A stretch of 64,000 nucleotides of DNA, from the NCBI GenBank assembly GCA_965371515.1, contig CBDUYR010000001.1, positions 32,001 to 96,000 of the forward strand. Direction: 5' to 3'. How positions within the stretch are numbered: position 1 is the first letter of the stretch; every line of letters starts with the position of its first letter. The notes beneath the pieces were generated by a model. That model saw only the letters and a list, made by a program, of their open reading frames with translations, had not been told where the DNA came from and did no database searches. Below are positions 19,795-29,391 of the stretch, in pieces. The translations under genes were made by a program, and so were the position numbers. Source of the stretch: an uncultured bacterium. GTDB lineage: Bacteria > Krumholzibacteriota > Krumholzibacteriia > Krumholzibacteriales > Krumholzibacteriaceae.

Positions 19795-21948
19795 ATGATC
19801 AGAAAGACTAAGCAGATCGATGGAAGAGAGATTTTCATCGAGACCGGACGTATCGCCAGGCAGGCGGACGGGTCGGTGCTCGTAGGGGAAGAAGGGACCA
19901 CTGTCCTCGTTACGGCAGTCTCATCAGAGGCCGTGAGCGACAGGGGATTCTTCCCGCTCTTTGTCGAGTACAGGGAAAAATTCTACGCCGCCGGCAAGAT
20001 CCCCGGCGGATTCTTCAAGCGCGAGGGACGTCCTTCCGAGAGGGAGACCCTCGGAGCGAGGCAGATAGACCGGCCGATCAGGCCGCTCTTCCCCGAGGGC
20101 TTCATGAGCGAGGTCCAGGTGGCGTGTACCGTTCTGAGCAGCGATAAGCAGCATCAGGCCGATACCCTGGGCATCATCGGCGCCTCGCTTTCGCTGAACA
20201 TGTCGAACATCCCGTTCGACACGGTCGTCAGCGGCGTTCGGGTCGGCATGAAGGACGGCGAGTTCATCCTCAACCCGACCTTCGATCAGGTCGAAGAGGG
20301 CGAGCTCGAGCTCGTCATCGCCGGATCCGACGAGGCTATAATTATGGTCGAGGGACAGGCCGAAGAGCTGTCCGAAGAGAAGATCATCGAGGCGCTCGAT
20401 TTCGGGCATGCGAAGATCAAGGAACTGAACGCCTTCCAGAGGGAATTGCTCGCCGAGTGCGAGATCCCCGAGAAGAGGACGTTCGTCGTGGCCGAGGTCG
20501 ACCAGGACCTCCAGCAGAGGCTCAGGCACGACTTCCTCCAGGAAGTCGACCAGCGATGCCGGGTCAAGGGCAAGCACAATCGCGACAAGGCCCTTTCCGA
20601 GGTTAAGACCCAGGCCCTCGAGAAGTACAACGATGAATTCCCCGAGTCGGAAAAAGTAATCAAGAACATACTGCACGACCTCGAGCGTGAGGCTGTCAGG
20701 AAGATGATCCTCGAAGAGAAGGTCAGGACCGACGGCCGCGCCTACGATGAGGTCCGCAACATCGATTGCGAGATCGCCGTCCTTCCGAGGACTCACGGCA
20801 GCGCCCTGTTCACCAGGGGCGAGACGCAGAGTCTCGTAGTGACGACTCTCGGCACCTCGCAGGACGAGCAGCGCGTCGACGCTCTGTCAGGCGAGAGCTG
20901 GAAGAAGTACATGCTTCATTACAACTTCCCGCCGTACAGCGTAGGCGAAGTCGGATTTTTCCGCGGCCCCGGCCGCAGGGAGATCGGTCACGGAGCGCTT
21001 GCCGAGAGGGCGATCCGCCCCGTTATACCCGCCGACGAGGATTTCCCCTACACGATCAGGGTGGTTTCCGACATCATGGAGTCGAACGGCTCGAGCTCGA
21101 TGGCCACTGTATGCGGAGCAAGCCTTGCCTTGATGGACGCCGGCGTGCCGGTCAAGAAAGCCGTTGCGGGCGTCGCGATGGGTATGATCATGGAGGATGG
21201 CAAGTACGCGATCCTGACCGATATCCTCGGGCTCGAGGATCATCTCGGCGACATGGACTTCAAGGTCACCGGAACGCGCGAAGGCGTGACTGGTTTCCAG
21301 ATGGACGTCAAGATCTCGGGTATCTCGAAAGAGGTCATGGTCGAGGCGCTCGAGCAGGCGAAGCGCGCGAGGATACAGATCCTCGACATCATGAACAAAA
21401 CAATCGATAAGGCCAAGGACGACATCTCGCCCTTCGCACCGAAGATCCACCAGATCAAGGTGCCGGTCGACAAGATCCGCGAGATCATCGGCCCGGGAGG
21501 AAAGATGATCCGCCATATCCAGGACACCTCGGGCGCGAAGATCGACATCGAGGACGACGGCACGGTGACCATCGCGGCCATCGACATGGAATCGCACGAC
21601 AAGGCGATGGCGCTGATCGACGAGATCACCGCCGAGCCCGAGGTCGGCAAGGTCTACATGGGCAGGGTCAGGAGCGTCGTACAGTTCGGCGCGTTCCTTG
21701 AGATCATGCCGGGCCGCGACGGGCTGCTGCACATCTCCGAGATCGACATCAATCGAGTCGAAAGGGTCGAGGATGTCCTCAACGTCGGCGACGAGATCGA
21801 GGTCAAGGTCGTCAACGTCGATCGCGACGGCAAGATCCGCCTGAGCCGCAAGGTCCTTCTCCCCGACTACGACGAGGAGAAGCACGGCAGCAGGGACAGA
21901 GGCGGCCGCGGAGACCGCGGTCGCAGGGACGACAGGAAGCGCCGCTGA
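19795..21948 (+). CDS. pnp: Polyribonucleotide nucleotidyltransferase (PNPase)
   Basis: GKIPGGFFKREG, HGSALFTRGETQ, ESNGSSSMA and DHLGDMDFKV motifs; KH and S1 domains. Confidence 0.98.
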   Translation: MIRKTKQIDGREIFIETGRIARQADGSVLVGEEGTTVLVTAVSSEAVSDRGFFPLFVEYREKFYAAGKIPGGFFKREGRPSERETLGARQIDRPIRPLFPEGFMSEVQVACTVLSSDKQHQADTLGIIGASLSLNMSNIPFDTVVSGVRVGMKDGEFILNPTFDQVEEGELELVIAGSDEAIIMVEGQAEELSEEKIIEALDFGHAKIKELNAFQRELLAECEIPEKRTFVVAEVDQDLQQRLRHDFLQEVDQRCRVKGKHNRDKALSEVKTQALEKYNDEFPESEKVIKNILHDLEREAVRKMILEEKVRTDGRAYDEVRNIDCEIAVLPRTHGSALFTRGETQSLVVTTLGTSQDEQRVDALSGESWKKYMLHYNFPPYSVGEVGFFRGPGRREIGHGALAERAIRPVIPADEDFPYTIRVVSDIMESNGSSSMATVCGASLALMDAGVPVKKAVAGVAMGMIMEDGKYAILTDILGLEDHLGDMDFKVTGTREGVTGFQMDVKISGISKEVMVEALEQAKRARIQILDIMNKTIDKAKDDISPFAPKIHQIKVPVDKIREIIGPGGKMIRHIQDTSGAKIDIEDDGTVTIAAIDMESHDKAMALIDEITAEPEVGKVYMGRVRSVVQFGAFLEIMPGRDGLLHISEIDINRVERVEDVLNVGDEIEVKVVNVDRDGKIRLSRKVLLPDYDEEKHGSRDRGGRGDRGRRDDRKRR

Positions 21949-21954
21949 TCCCTT

Positions 21955-23220
21955 ATGATAAAATTGCCTGAACCACGCAGGATCGCCCTCGAGTCGGGGG
22001 CGATACTGCTTTATCAGAGGAATGTCGTATCGCCGACCACGGCGTTCGGCGTCTGGATAAGGAAGGGCTCCCGTGATGAGGGGGACGGCGAGCGCGGGAT
22101 GTCGCATGTCCTCGAGCACATGGTCTTCCGCGGGACGCCGTCACGCAGCGGCCTCTGTATCGCCCTCGACCTCGAATCTATCGGCGGCCAGTGGGACGCA
22201 TTCACAAGCAAGGAAGCGGTCTGCTATCACGGGAGGACGCTCGAGGAGCACTTCCCCAGGCTCGCCGACGTTTTTTCCGATATCGTTCTGAATCCCCTTA
22301 TTGAGCCTCCCGCGCTGAGAACGGAACTGAAGGTGATAAGGGAGGAGATCAGGAGCGTCGCTGACTCACCCGAAGAGGTGGTATACGAGCTCTTCTTCAG
22401 GGGACTCTTCGGCAAAAGCCAGCTCGGCCATCCCGTCGCCGGAACCCTCATGGACATCTCCCGCATGAACCGCGACGGCATCCTGTCGTTTCACAGGAAG
22501 ACTTACACGGCGGCGAACACAGTTTTCGCCTATATCGGCACCCTGCCCCCCGGAAAGGTCGCGCGGATACTCGATCGCAGGTTTACATTTCCGCTGAAGG
22601 GCCGGCGCCCGGGGCGGAGGCACGACAGGTTCATGCCCGCCGTGTCGAGGTCTGCTCGCAAGAACGGATGGAGCCAGCACCACGTCTGTGTCGGGGCGAG
22701 GACCGTCCCCGCCGATGACCCGATGAGGTTCGCCGTGATGCTCCTCTCCGGCATCGTCGGAGGCGGAGTATCCTCGAGACTGTTCCAGAGTCTGAGGGAG
22801 AAGGCCGGGCTCGCCTATTCGGTATTCTCGCATGTCAATTTCTGGAGCGACACGGGCGCCTTTTCGGTATACTTCTCTGTCGATCCCAGAAACTTGAAGT
22901 CCGCTCTCGAGATATTCGAGAGGGAGATGGAGAACATCCGCAGCGGAGGCATAACGGCCGAGGAGCTCGAAAGCTCCAGGGCCCAGCTCAAGGGATCGAT
23001 AATCTTCAGCCTCGAGAGCTCCGAGACGAGGCTGTTCAGGCTCTTTCACGAGGAGTGCAACCTCGGCGAATTCAGAAAGGTCGAGGATGTACTCCGCGAC
23101 ATCGACGCCGTGGACGTGGCCATGATCGGCGAGGCGGCATGCGAGATTCTGGCACCGCGTCGCCTGATCAGGGCGGTCTGCGGGCCTGATGGAGCGGCAG
23201 GAAGGAAATCGTCCCGATGA
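21955..23220 (+). CDS. M16B zinc metallopeptidase (YmxG/PqqL-like)
   Basis: Inverted zincin motif HVLEH and SSRLFQSLREKAGLAYSV; conserved position after pnp. Confidence 0.92.
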   Translation: MIKLPEPRRIALESGAILLYQRNVVSPTTAFGVWIRKGSRDEGDGERGMSHVLEHMVFRGTPSRSGLCIALDLESIGGQWDAFTSKEAVCYHGRTLEEHFPRLADVFSDIVLNPLIEPPALRTELKVIREEIRSVADSPEEVVYELFFRGLFGKSQLGHPVAGTLMDISRMNRDGILSFHRKTYTAANTVFAYIGTLPPGKVARILDRRFTFPLKGRRPGRRHDRFMPAVSRSARKNGWSQHHVCVGARTVPADDPMRFAVMLLSGIVGGGVSSRLFQSLREKAGLAYSVFSHVNFWSDTGAFSVYFSVDPRNLKSALEIFEREMENIRSGGITAEELESSRAQLKGSIIFSLESSETRLFRLFHEECNLGEFRKVEDVLRDIDAVDVAMIGEAACEILAPRRLIRAVCGPDGAAGRKSSR

Positions 23221-23696
23221 ACGGCGGATCGAAAGACGGAGCCGCGGTCACGGTCGAGATAAGGTATCTTCCCCATCATGACGGCCTGCCCCCGCTCGCC
23301 CGCATGACCGAAGGGTCGAGCGGATTCGACCTGCAGGCGGCCTGCACCGGTGACGTTGTCATCGGGCCGGGCAGAGTGGTCCTTGTCCCCGCAGGATTCG
23401 AGATGGCCGTGCCGCCGGGATACGAAGTGCAGGTGAGACCCCGCAGCGGCCTCGCCCTGAAGAGCAGGATCGGACTGCTCAACAGCCCCGGTACGATAGA
23501 CAGTGACTACCGCGGGGAGGTCGGAGTGATCCTGTTCAATTTCGGCGACAAGGATTTCACCGTCCGCAGGGGGGACCGCATAGCGCAGATGGTCGTCTGC
23601 TCCCTGCCGGAAACGACGCTTGTCGAGACGGAGCGGCTCGACGGCACGGAACGCGGCCCGGGAGGCTTCGGCCATACGGGCAGGGGACGGAGATGA
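23217..23696 (+). CDS. dut: dUTP diphosphatase (trimeric)
   Basis: GFDL, RPRSGLA, GTIDSDYRGE, RIAQ and RGPGGFGHTG motifs. Confidence 0.97.
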   Translation: MNGGSKDGAAVTVEIRYLPHHDGLPPLARMTEGSSGFDLQAACTGDVVIGPGRVVLVPAGFEMAVPPGYEVQVRPRSGLALKSRIGLLNSPGTIDSDYRGEVGVILFNFGDKDFTVRRGDRIAQMVVCSLPETTLVETERLDGTERGPGGFGHTGRGRR

Positions 23697-24556
23697 CGGC
23701 GATTCTCCAGGCGATGGCCCTTCTCATCTTTGCCGTCGTTGCTCTATACACACTCTGGCGGATCAGGTGGGGGTATCCCGACCGTTCGATCCCCGGAGTC
23801 CTCACTTATCACAAGGTGGTCGATTTCGAATTCGGGGGGACCTGGATCAGCCCCGTCAGGTTCGAGCGTCATATCGCTTCCCTGATCGATTCAGGATACT
23901 GTTTCATCGATGAGAGGACTTTCCTCGAGACGATCGAAGGGAGCAGGCCCGCCGGGGAGAAGGAGATCCTCCTGACATTCGACGACGGGTACGACTGTTT
24001 CGCCGTGAGCGCCGCTCCGGTACTGGAGCGTATGGGAGTGCCCGCGCTGATTTTCCTCGTCTCCGGCTTCGCCGGTGAGGAAAACAGCTGGGAACTCGGC
24101 CTGCCGGGGAGGAAGGCGCGTCATATGGACTGGGACACGGTGAGATCGCTGCGCCCGCGCGGCTTCTCGTTCGGATCGCATTGCGAGAGACACCTGCCGC
24201 TGACCCGCATGGCTCGTGAAGAGGCGCTGCGGGAGATGGTCAGCTCCAGGGAAGAGATAGAGAGGCGCACGGGAGCGGAGGTCTTCAGTCTTTCCTATCC
24301 ATACGGAAGGTCGGACCCGGAGGTCGCTTCACTCGCCGCGGAAGCGGGATACATGGCCGCTTTCACCCTCTACCCGTCCGACGAGGCGAAGAAGTGGGAT
24401 CGGTACCGGCTCAGGCGCGAGGGAGTCTGGGTGATCGATACTCCCGCAACGATAAGGATAAAGCTCTCCCGCGGGGGGTTGTTCTGGCTCGAGGATTTAA
24501 AGGGACGGATGATAAACGCCGTTGCCGACCTGACGCCGTTTTTCAAGAACAGATAA
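23693..24556 (+). CDS. Membrane-anchored polysaccharide deacetylase (CE4/NodB)
   Basis: N-terminal TM helix; LTYH, LTFDDG, SHCERH and YPYG motifs. Confidence 0.88.
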   Translation: MTAILQAMALLIFAVVALYTLWRIRWGYPDRSIPGVLTYHKVVDFEFGGTWISPVRFERHIASLIDSGYCFIDERTFLETIEGSRPAGEKEILLTFDDGYDCFAVSAAPVLERMGVPALIFLVSGFAGEENSWELGLPGRKARHMDWDTVRSLRPRGFSFGSHCERHLPLTRMAREEALREMVSSREEIERRTGAEVFSLSYPYGRSDPEVASLAAEAGYMAAFTLYPSDEAKKWDRYRLRREGVWVIDTPATIRIKLSRGGLFWLEDLKGRMINAVADLTPFFKNR

Positions 24557-24568
24557 GATAAGCCTGGA

Positions 24569-25711
24569 TCAGTCGCGGACGAGTGTGTAGTCGAATCCGC
24601 TGTTTCCCATCCTGTACACGATGCCGGCCTGGTGGACGCGAGAGATCGCATCGCGGGTGATGAACTTTCTCACCGCGAGTACCTCGAGGGTGAACGGATA
24701 AGTGCCCTTGACGGCGAAGTACTCCTCGAGACCTTCCATTATCGTAGCCTCAAGCCGCCGCAGCTGGAATTCCTTGAGATCGGCGGACAGCATTCCCTCG
24801 CCATTGTCCCCGGCGACCGACAGCTCGCTCGAAAAAGCCTCTGCGGTCCAACCCGGCGGCAGCAGTGCTGGCACGACATATTCGCCGGCGATGAAGCATG
24901 CGATGAGCGTGAAGACGACGGTCAGGGTCGGCGCGAATTTCTTTCCACTCTTTGCCTTTTCCTCGAGAACCTCTTTCTCGACCTCTTCGGCGACGGGGCT
25001 GGTGTCCTTCGTGATCTCGAGGAGCTCTTTCTCGAGGAGGCTTTTCAGGGTCTCGTAGGCGCTGAACCTCGACATGCGGGCATGCGCCATGAGATCGGAT
25101 ATGCTCGTCTCCTCGGAGAGCATGTTGTAGATTACCTCTTCGTTCTTTTCGAGCCGGGAGCTTTTGTTCTGTGGTGCGGGAAGTCGCCGGACGACAATCT
25201 CATCCGACGGGAAGAGTCTCTTCATCTCGGGGATCTCGTCGATGCGCCTCATGCTCTCCATGAGAAGGCCCTCGACCTTGATGGCCGAGAAGGTCTGGAT
25301 GCCGGCGAGGACGCTGTTGCCCGAGACGAACTTATAGTAACTCTTCGGCCAGGAGAGCACCTCCTGGACCGTTTCATATATCTGCTCGGTGAAGATCGTG
25401 TTCAATTCGTCGTTCGAGAAATATTTCTCCTGAAGCAGGATGTCGGTCAGGTCCATCCCCGACTTTGCCTGGATCTGCTGAAGGTTGTTCATCTCGTCCC
25501 GGCCGATGAATCCATACTTTAGCAGGTACTCCTTGAGCGGGTCGCGTGCCCTGGCCCTGCGGTCCCTTGTCGATACGATCAGGCCTTCCTGGAAGAATAT
25601 GGCCATGTTTTCGTCGGCCGAGACCGAGAGCATTCCCGATTTCTTCTGAATCGAGATGAGCTGGAATATCTCGCTCAGCCCGAAATCTCCGGCGTTTCCT
25701 TCCAGTGCCAT
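24569..25711 (-). CDS. DUF4388 protein with one TM helix and a pseudopilin-like C-terminus
   Basis: N-terminal LEGNAGDFGLSEIFQLI..QKKSGML and LLMESMRRIDE are DUF4388 features. TM near residue 265, then LEEYFAVKGTYPFTLEVL. Confidence 0.8.
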   Translation of the reverse strand: MALEGNAGDFGLSEIFQLISIQKKSGMLSVSADENMAIFFQEGLIVSTRDRRARARDPLKEYLLKYGFIGRDEMNNLQQIQAKSGMDLTDILLQEKYFSNDELNTIFTEQIYETVQEVLSWPKSYYKFVSGNSVLAGIQTFSAIKVEGLLMESMRRIDEIPEMKRLFPSDEIVVRRLPAPQNKSSRLEKNEEVIYNMLSEETSISDLMAHARMSRFSAYETLKSLLEKELLEITKDTSPVAEEVEKEVLEEKAKSGKKFAPTLTVVFTLIACFIAGEYVVPALLPPGWTAEAFSSELSVAGDNGEGMLSADLKEFQLRRLEATIMEGLEEYFAVKGTYPFTLEVLAVRKFITRDAISRVHQAGIVYRMGNSGFDYTLVRD

Positions 25712-25723
25712 CGGCGTTCCTTC

Positions 25724-27721
25724 CTAAAGCGTCTCGAGGTACTCCTTGAACGCATCCTGGGCCTTGTTGTCCTGCTCGGTGAAGCGCCGCTGCTCCGGCC
25801 GGGCGGGAGTCTCCTCCAGTGTATTCCCAAGAGACAGTGCCTTCGGTTTTACGCGCCTCTTCTCGGGCTTCTCCACCCTGAGGTCTGGAGGCAGGATGCG
25901 GTAGTTTATCTGTTCGCGCGGCTTCCTCGATCTTATAGTCGAAAGCCAGCAGAGCACGATGACGGCCAGTGCGGCCACCTGATGCATCAGGGGCGTTCCC
26001 GACCCCGCGCTGCGCGGGTCGTCGAGGTAGAATCCGTTCCAAAGGATCATGAACAGGGCGCATGCCGTCACCGATATGACGAACATCCCCTTCCCGGCCG
26101 ACCCCAGGATTATCATTGACGAGCCGGGGAAGATCTTCATCTTCCACCATCCTCCGCGGCTCCTTAACGACCTGATCTTCTGTCTCCTGTGCCTGAGCAG
26201 CGCCTCCATGATCTTGACGCTCGACAGCCCGCCGATGGCGGTGGCGCAGTTACGGCACAGCGTGATGCCCATCTCCGAATCGGAGCATTCCGGGCATGTC
26301 GGGAGACTGCAGTTGTTGCAGGAGTATACATTCCATGAACGTGGGATGGCCCTTGCCAGTATTATCCCGGATATAACCGCCGCGACAAGCAGTATCCAGA
26401 TCCATCTCAACGGGAAGAGGAGATACGGTCGGAAGATCCCGTCAAGTATCCCGGACTTTCCCGAGCCGCCTTCCATGAAGGCGATCCTCCACAGCTCCGC
26501 GGCGGGGAATCCCCGGTCGTAGATGTCGAACTCGAGCAGGGCCGTGGCGGGATTAGCCTCGTTGTATTTCTCTATTCCGAATTCGCGTGACTTCGCGAGG
26601 GCGTTGCTCGATTCGGCGAAGAGCATCTTGTTGATGTAAGTCTGGCCGATGTTGAACCAGGCGAGGGCGCTCGTCGAGTCGATGGCGATCACGCTCTGGT
26701 AACCGGCCAGCGCCCTGTTGAAATCGCCCTGCCTGAAGTAGACGTTTCCCAGGTTGAGGTACGCCGGCGCGAAATCGTTGCGCTCCGATACGCTGGCAAG
26801 CAGGTGATCGCGCGCTTCGTCGTAGAGGCCCATCCTCGATTTTATCGTGCCGAGGGCGAATTCTCTCTGCGCCGAGAAGCGGGAGTCCTCGATCGACTCG
26901 ATCGATCTGATGAGACGGGAATCGGCGCCGCTCTCGTTGATCATGGCGAGTCGGCGTGTTGCGCTTCCCTCGTCGATCGCCGAGGTCAGCGATTCAAGCC
27001 GGGGGGTAAGGAAAGAGATCGCGCATATGAATAAAGTGACGGTGAGGACCGCCGCCTTTTCCCTGCGATTGGTGACCGGCCAGAGGACCGTTATCATCAG
27101 CACCGTGTAGAGGGTTATCCCTCCGCGCACGATGAGCAGTCCCAGTATCAGGAGCGGGCCGATGAAACGTGCCGGCGGGAAGGCGTATTTTCCCCCGTAG
27201 ATCTCCCTTATCTTGTGGTCGTACTCCGGCCAGTGTCTGACGAGAAGGAAGATGAGGGAGAGGAAAAGCACGGCGAAGGCCACGGCAGTCGAGAGTATGG
27301 TGACGTTCGCCGCCAGGAGCGCCTGACCGTAGAAGCTCCTTATCTTGCGTTTGTATCCCTCTATCAGATGGATGATGCAATCGGTGTTGCCGTTGCGCAG
27401 GTCGATGCGCGCCAGCGCGAACATCGGATCGGGATAGTCTCCTGACAGGCCGGCCGCAAGGAACAGCTTGCGCCGGGCAGTCTCGCGGTCGCCCGCCTCG
27501 AGGGACTCCATAGCGTCGCGATAGACCGCCCTGGCCGGAACCTGGAGGGACCATGCCCCGCGCTGGAGCTCGGCTGTCGTGTAAGATCTGAGGATCTCGT
27601 TGTCTATCTCATTCAACGGGTTGGCGAACAACGGTTTGCAGAATGCAACCATCAGAATGAGCGCCAAAAGGGCGCCCGTTCGGCCTGCCGGCTTAAGTCT
27701 TTGCAGCATAAGAAGTTTCAC
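25724..27721 (-). CDS. Multi-pass membrane protein with TPR repeats and a Cys cluster
   Basis: Signal/TM segments, TPR repeats (AYLNLGNVYFRQGDFNRALAGYQ, AWFNIGQTY) and CNNC-x4-CPEC-x9-CRNC. Confidence 0.78.
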   Translation of the reverse strand: MKLLMLQRLKPAGRTGALLALILMVAFCKPLFANPLNEIDNEILRSYTTAELQRGAWSLQVPARAVYRDAMESLEAGDRETARRKLFLAAGLSGDYPDPMFALARIDLRNGNTDCIIHLIEGYKRKIRSFYGQALLAANVTILSTAVAFAVLFLSLIFLLVRHWPEYDHKIREIYGGKYAFPPARFIGPLLILGLLIVRGGITLYTVLMITVLWPVTNRREKAAVLTVTLFICAISFLTPRLESLTSAIDEGSATRRLAMINESGADSRLIRSIESIEDSRFSAQREFALGTIKSRMGLYDEARDHLLASVSERNDFAPAYLNLGNVYFRQGDFNRALAGYQSVIAIDSTSALAWFNIGQTYINKMLFAESSNALAKSREFGIEKYNEANPATALLEFDIYDRGFPAAELWRIAFMEGGSGKSGILDGIFRPYLLFPLRWIWILLVAAVISGIILARAIPRSWNVYSCNNCSLPTCPECSDSEMGITLCRNCATAIGGLSSVKIMEALLRHRRQKIRSLRSRGGWWKMKIFPGSSMIILGSAGKGMFVISVTACALFMILWNGFYLDDPRSAGSGTPLMHQVAALAVIVLCWLSTIRSRKPREQINYRILPPDLRVEKPEKRRVKPKALSLGNTLEETPARPEQRRFTEQDNKAQDAFKEYLETL

Positions 27722-27808
27722 TGGCTCTATCGTCCTGCCTGTCTGTTTTGAGGCTTTTTTTCTTGCCGTCGAATGTTCATCGGCAAATATCGTGCCGAGC
27801 AGCGGTAT

Positions 27809-27838
27809 TTGACATTGAGTCGCAGCGGTGCTTATTTG
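27809..27838 (+). promoter_or_regulatory. Putative sigma70 promoter of asnS
   Basis: TTGACA-N17-TTATTT in the divergent intergenic region. Confidence 0.45.
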
Positions 27839-27900
27839 TCTGTTTACAGGGGCTCCGCCCGGTGATATAAAAGGCAGGGCTGTTTTTCAGGGGGATAGAG

Positions 27901-29196
27901 ATGATGCCGGCAGAGATTTCAGGGATCGGCGAGTTCACCGGCCAGGAGGTGCTTCTCAAAGGCTGGGTATACAACATGCGCTCGAGCGGGAAGATCCTTT
28001 TTCTCCAGATGCGCGATGGCACGGGTGTAATCCAGTGCATCATAGAAAAGGCGGTCGTGGGAGACGAGGACTTCGAACTGGCCTCCGGCCTCACGCAGGA
28101 ATCCTCGCTCGAGGTGACCGGGACGGTCAGGGAGGACGCGCGCGCGCCGGGAGGATACGAGCTGAGCGTCACCGGCTTCAGTATAATACAGATCGCCGAG
28201 CCGTATCCGATCACTCCGAAGGATCACGGCAATACCTTCCTGATGGACAACCGCCATCTCTGGCTCAGAAGCCGGAGGCAGAACGCGATCCTCAGGATAA
28301 GGGCCGGGCTGATCCGTTTCATAAGGGATTTCTTCGACAGCAGGGGATTCATCCTCTGCGATACGCCGATCTTTACGCCCAGCGCGTGCGAGGGCACTAC
28401 TACACTGTTCGAGACCGATTACTTCGGCGACAAGGCATACCTCACGCAGAGCGGGCAACTCTACAACGAGGCGACAGCGGCGGCCTTCCGCAAGGTCTAC
28501 ACATTCGGTCCGACCTTCAGGGCGGAGAAATCGAAGACGAGGCGCCACCTGATCGAGTTCTGGATGGTCGAGCCCGAGGTAGCCTTCGCCGACCTCGACG
28601 ATATCATGCAGCTGGGAGAGGATTTCATCGTCGAGATCGTCGGCCGGTCGCTCGAGACATACAGGGAACTGCTGGAGGGCGAGCTCGAACGGGACGTCTC
28701 CCAGCTGGAGAAGGTCCAGGGACCGTTCCCGAGGATCTCATACACGGAGGCCGCTCGGATCCTGAAGGAGAAGGGCGTCGATTTTGAGGAGGGCGGCGAC
28801 TTCGGCGGCACCGACGAGACAGTGCTGGCCGGGGAGTTCGACAAGCCGCTCTTCGTGCACCGCTTTCCCTCTGCGATCAAGGCCTTCTACATGGAACCCG
28901 ATCCGGACGATCCTGTGTACAGCCTCTCGGTCGACATGCTCGCGCCCGAAGGGTACGGCGAGATCATCGGCGGCGGCCAGCGAGCCTCCGACCTCGGCCT
29001 GCTGAAGAAGAGGATCGAGGAGCACGGCCTGCCGGAGAAGGCGTTCGAGTGGTACCTCGACCTGCGCCGGTACGGAACCTTCCCACACGCCGGCTTCGGC
29101 CTCGGTGTGGAGAGGACGCTCGCCTGGATATGCGGAATACAGCACGTTCGCGAGACGATCCCGTTTCCCAGGCTTATCAACCGGCTCTCCCCGTAA
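27901..29196 (+). CDS. asnS: Asparagine--tRNA ligase
   Basis: OB fold (GWV..RSSGK...RDGTG), [30 protein letters not shown] and [11 protein letters not shown] motifs. Confidence 0.95.
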   Translation: MMPAEISGIGEFTGQEVLLKGWVYNMRSSGKILFLQMRDGTGVIQCIIEKAVVGDEDFELASGLTQESSLEVTGTVREDARAPGGYELSVTGFSIIQIAEPYPITPKDHGNTFLMDNRHLWLRSRRQNAILRIRAGLIRFIRDFFDSRGFILCDTPIFTPSACEGTTTLFETDYFGDKAYLTQSGQLYNEATAAAFRKVYTFGPTFRAEKSKTRRHLIEFWMVEPEVAFADLDDIMQLGEDFIVEIVGRSLETYRELLEGELERDVSQLEKVQGPFPRISYTEAARILKEKGVDFEEGGDFGGTDETVLAGEFDKPLFVHRFPSAIKAFYMEPDPDDPVYSLSVDMLAPEGYGEIIGGGQRASDLGLLKKRIEEHGLPEKAFEWYLDLRRYGTFPHAGFGLGVERTLAWICGIQHVRETIPFPRLINRLSP

Positions 29197-29309
29197 GGGG
29201 AATTGCTGCTCCCGCGCCGCGAGACCGGCCTGACCTGAAATAATCACAAGCCGATGCGATGAGGGTCTGGATAGAGGGGCAGGGAACGATGCCTGCCGCC
29301 CCTTCCATG

Positions 29310-29338
29310 TTGACCTGTCATGGGTCATTTGCTAACTT
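29310..29338 (+). promoter_or_regulatory. Putative sigma70 promoter of the TPR-uvrA-gcv run
   Basis: TTGACC-N17-TAACTT with an extended TG motif. Confidence 0.5.
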
Positions 29339-29391
29339 GCTAATGCTGTTTTTGAACTGCCGTCTTCCCATATATACCGGGAGGAATTTCT

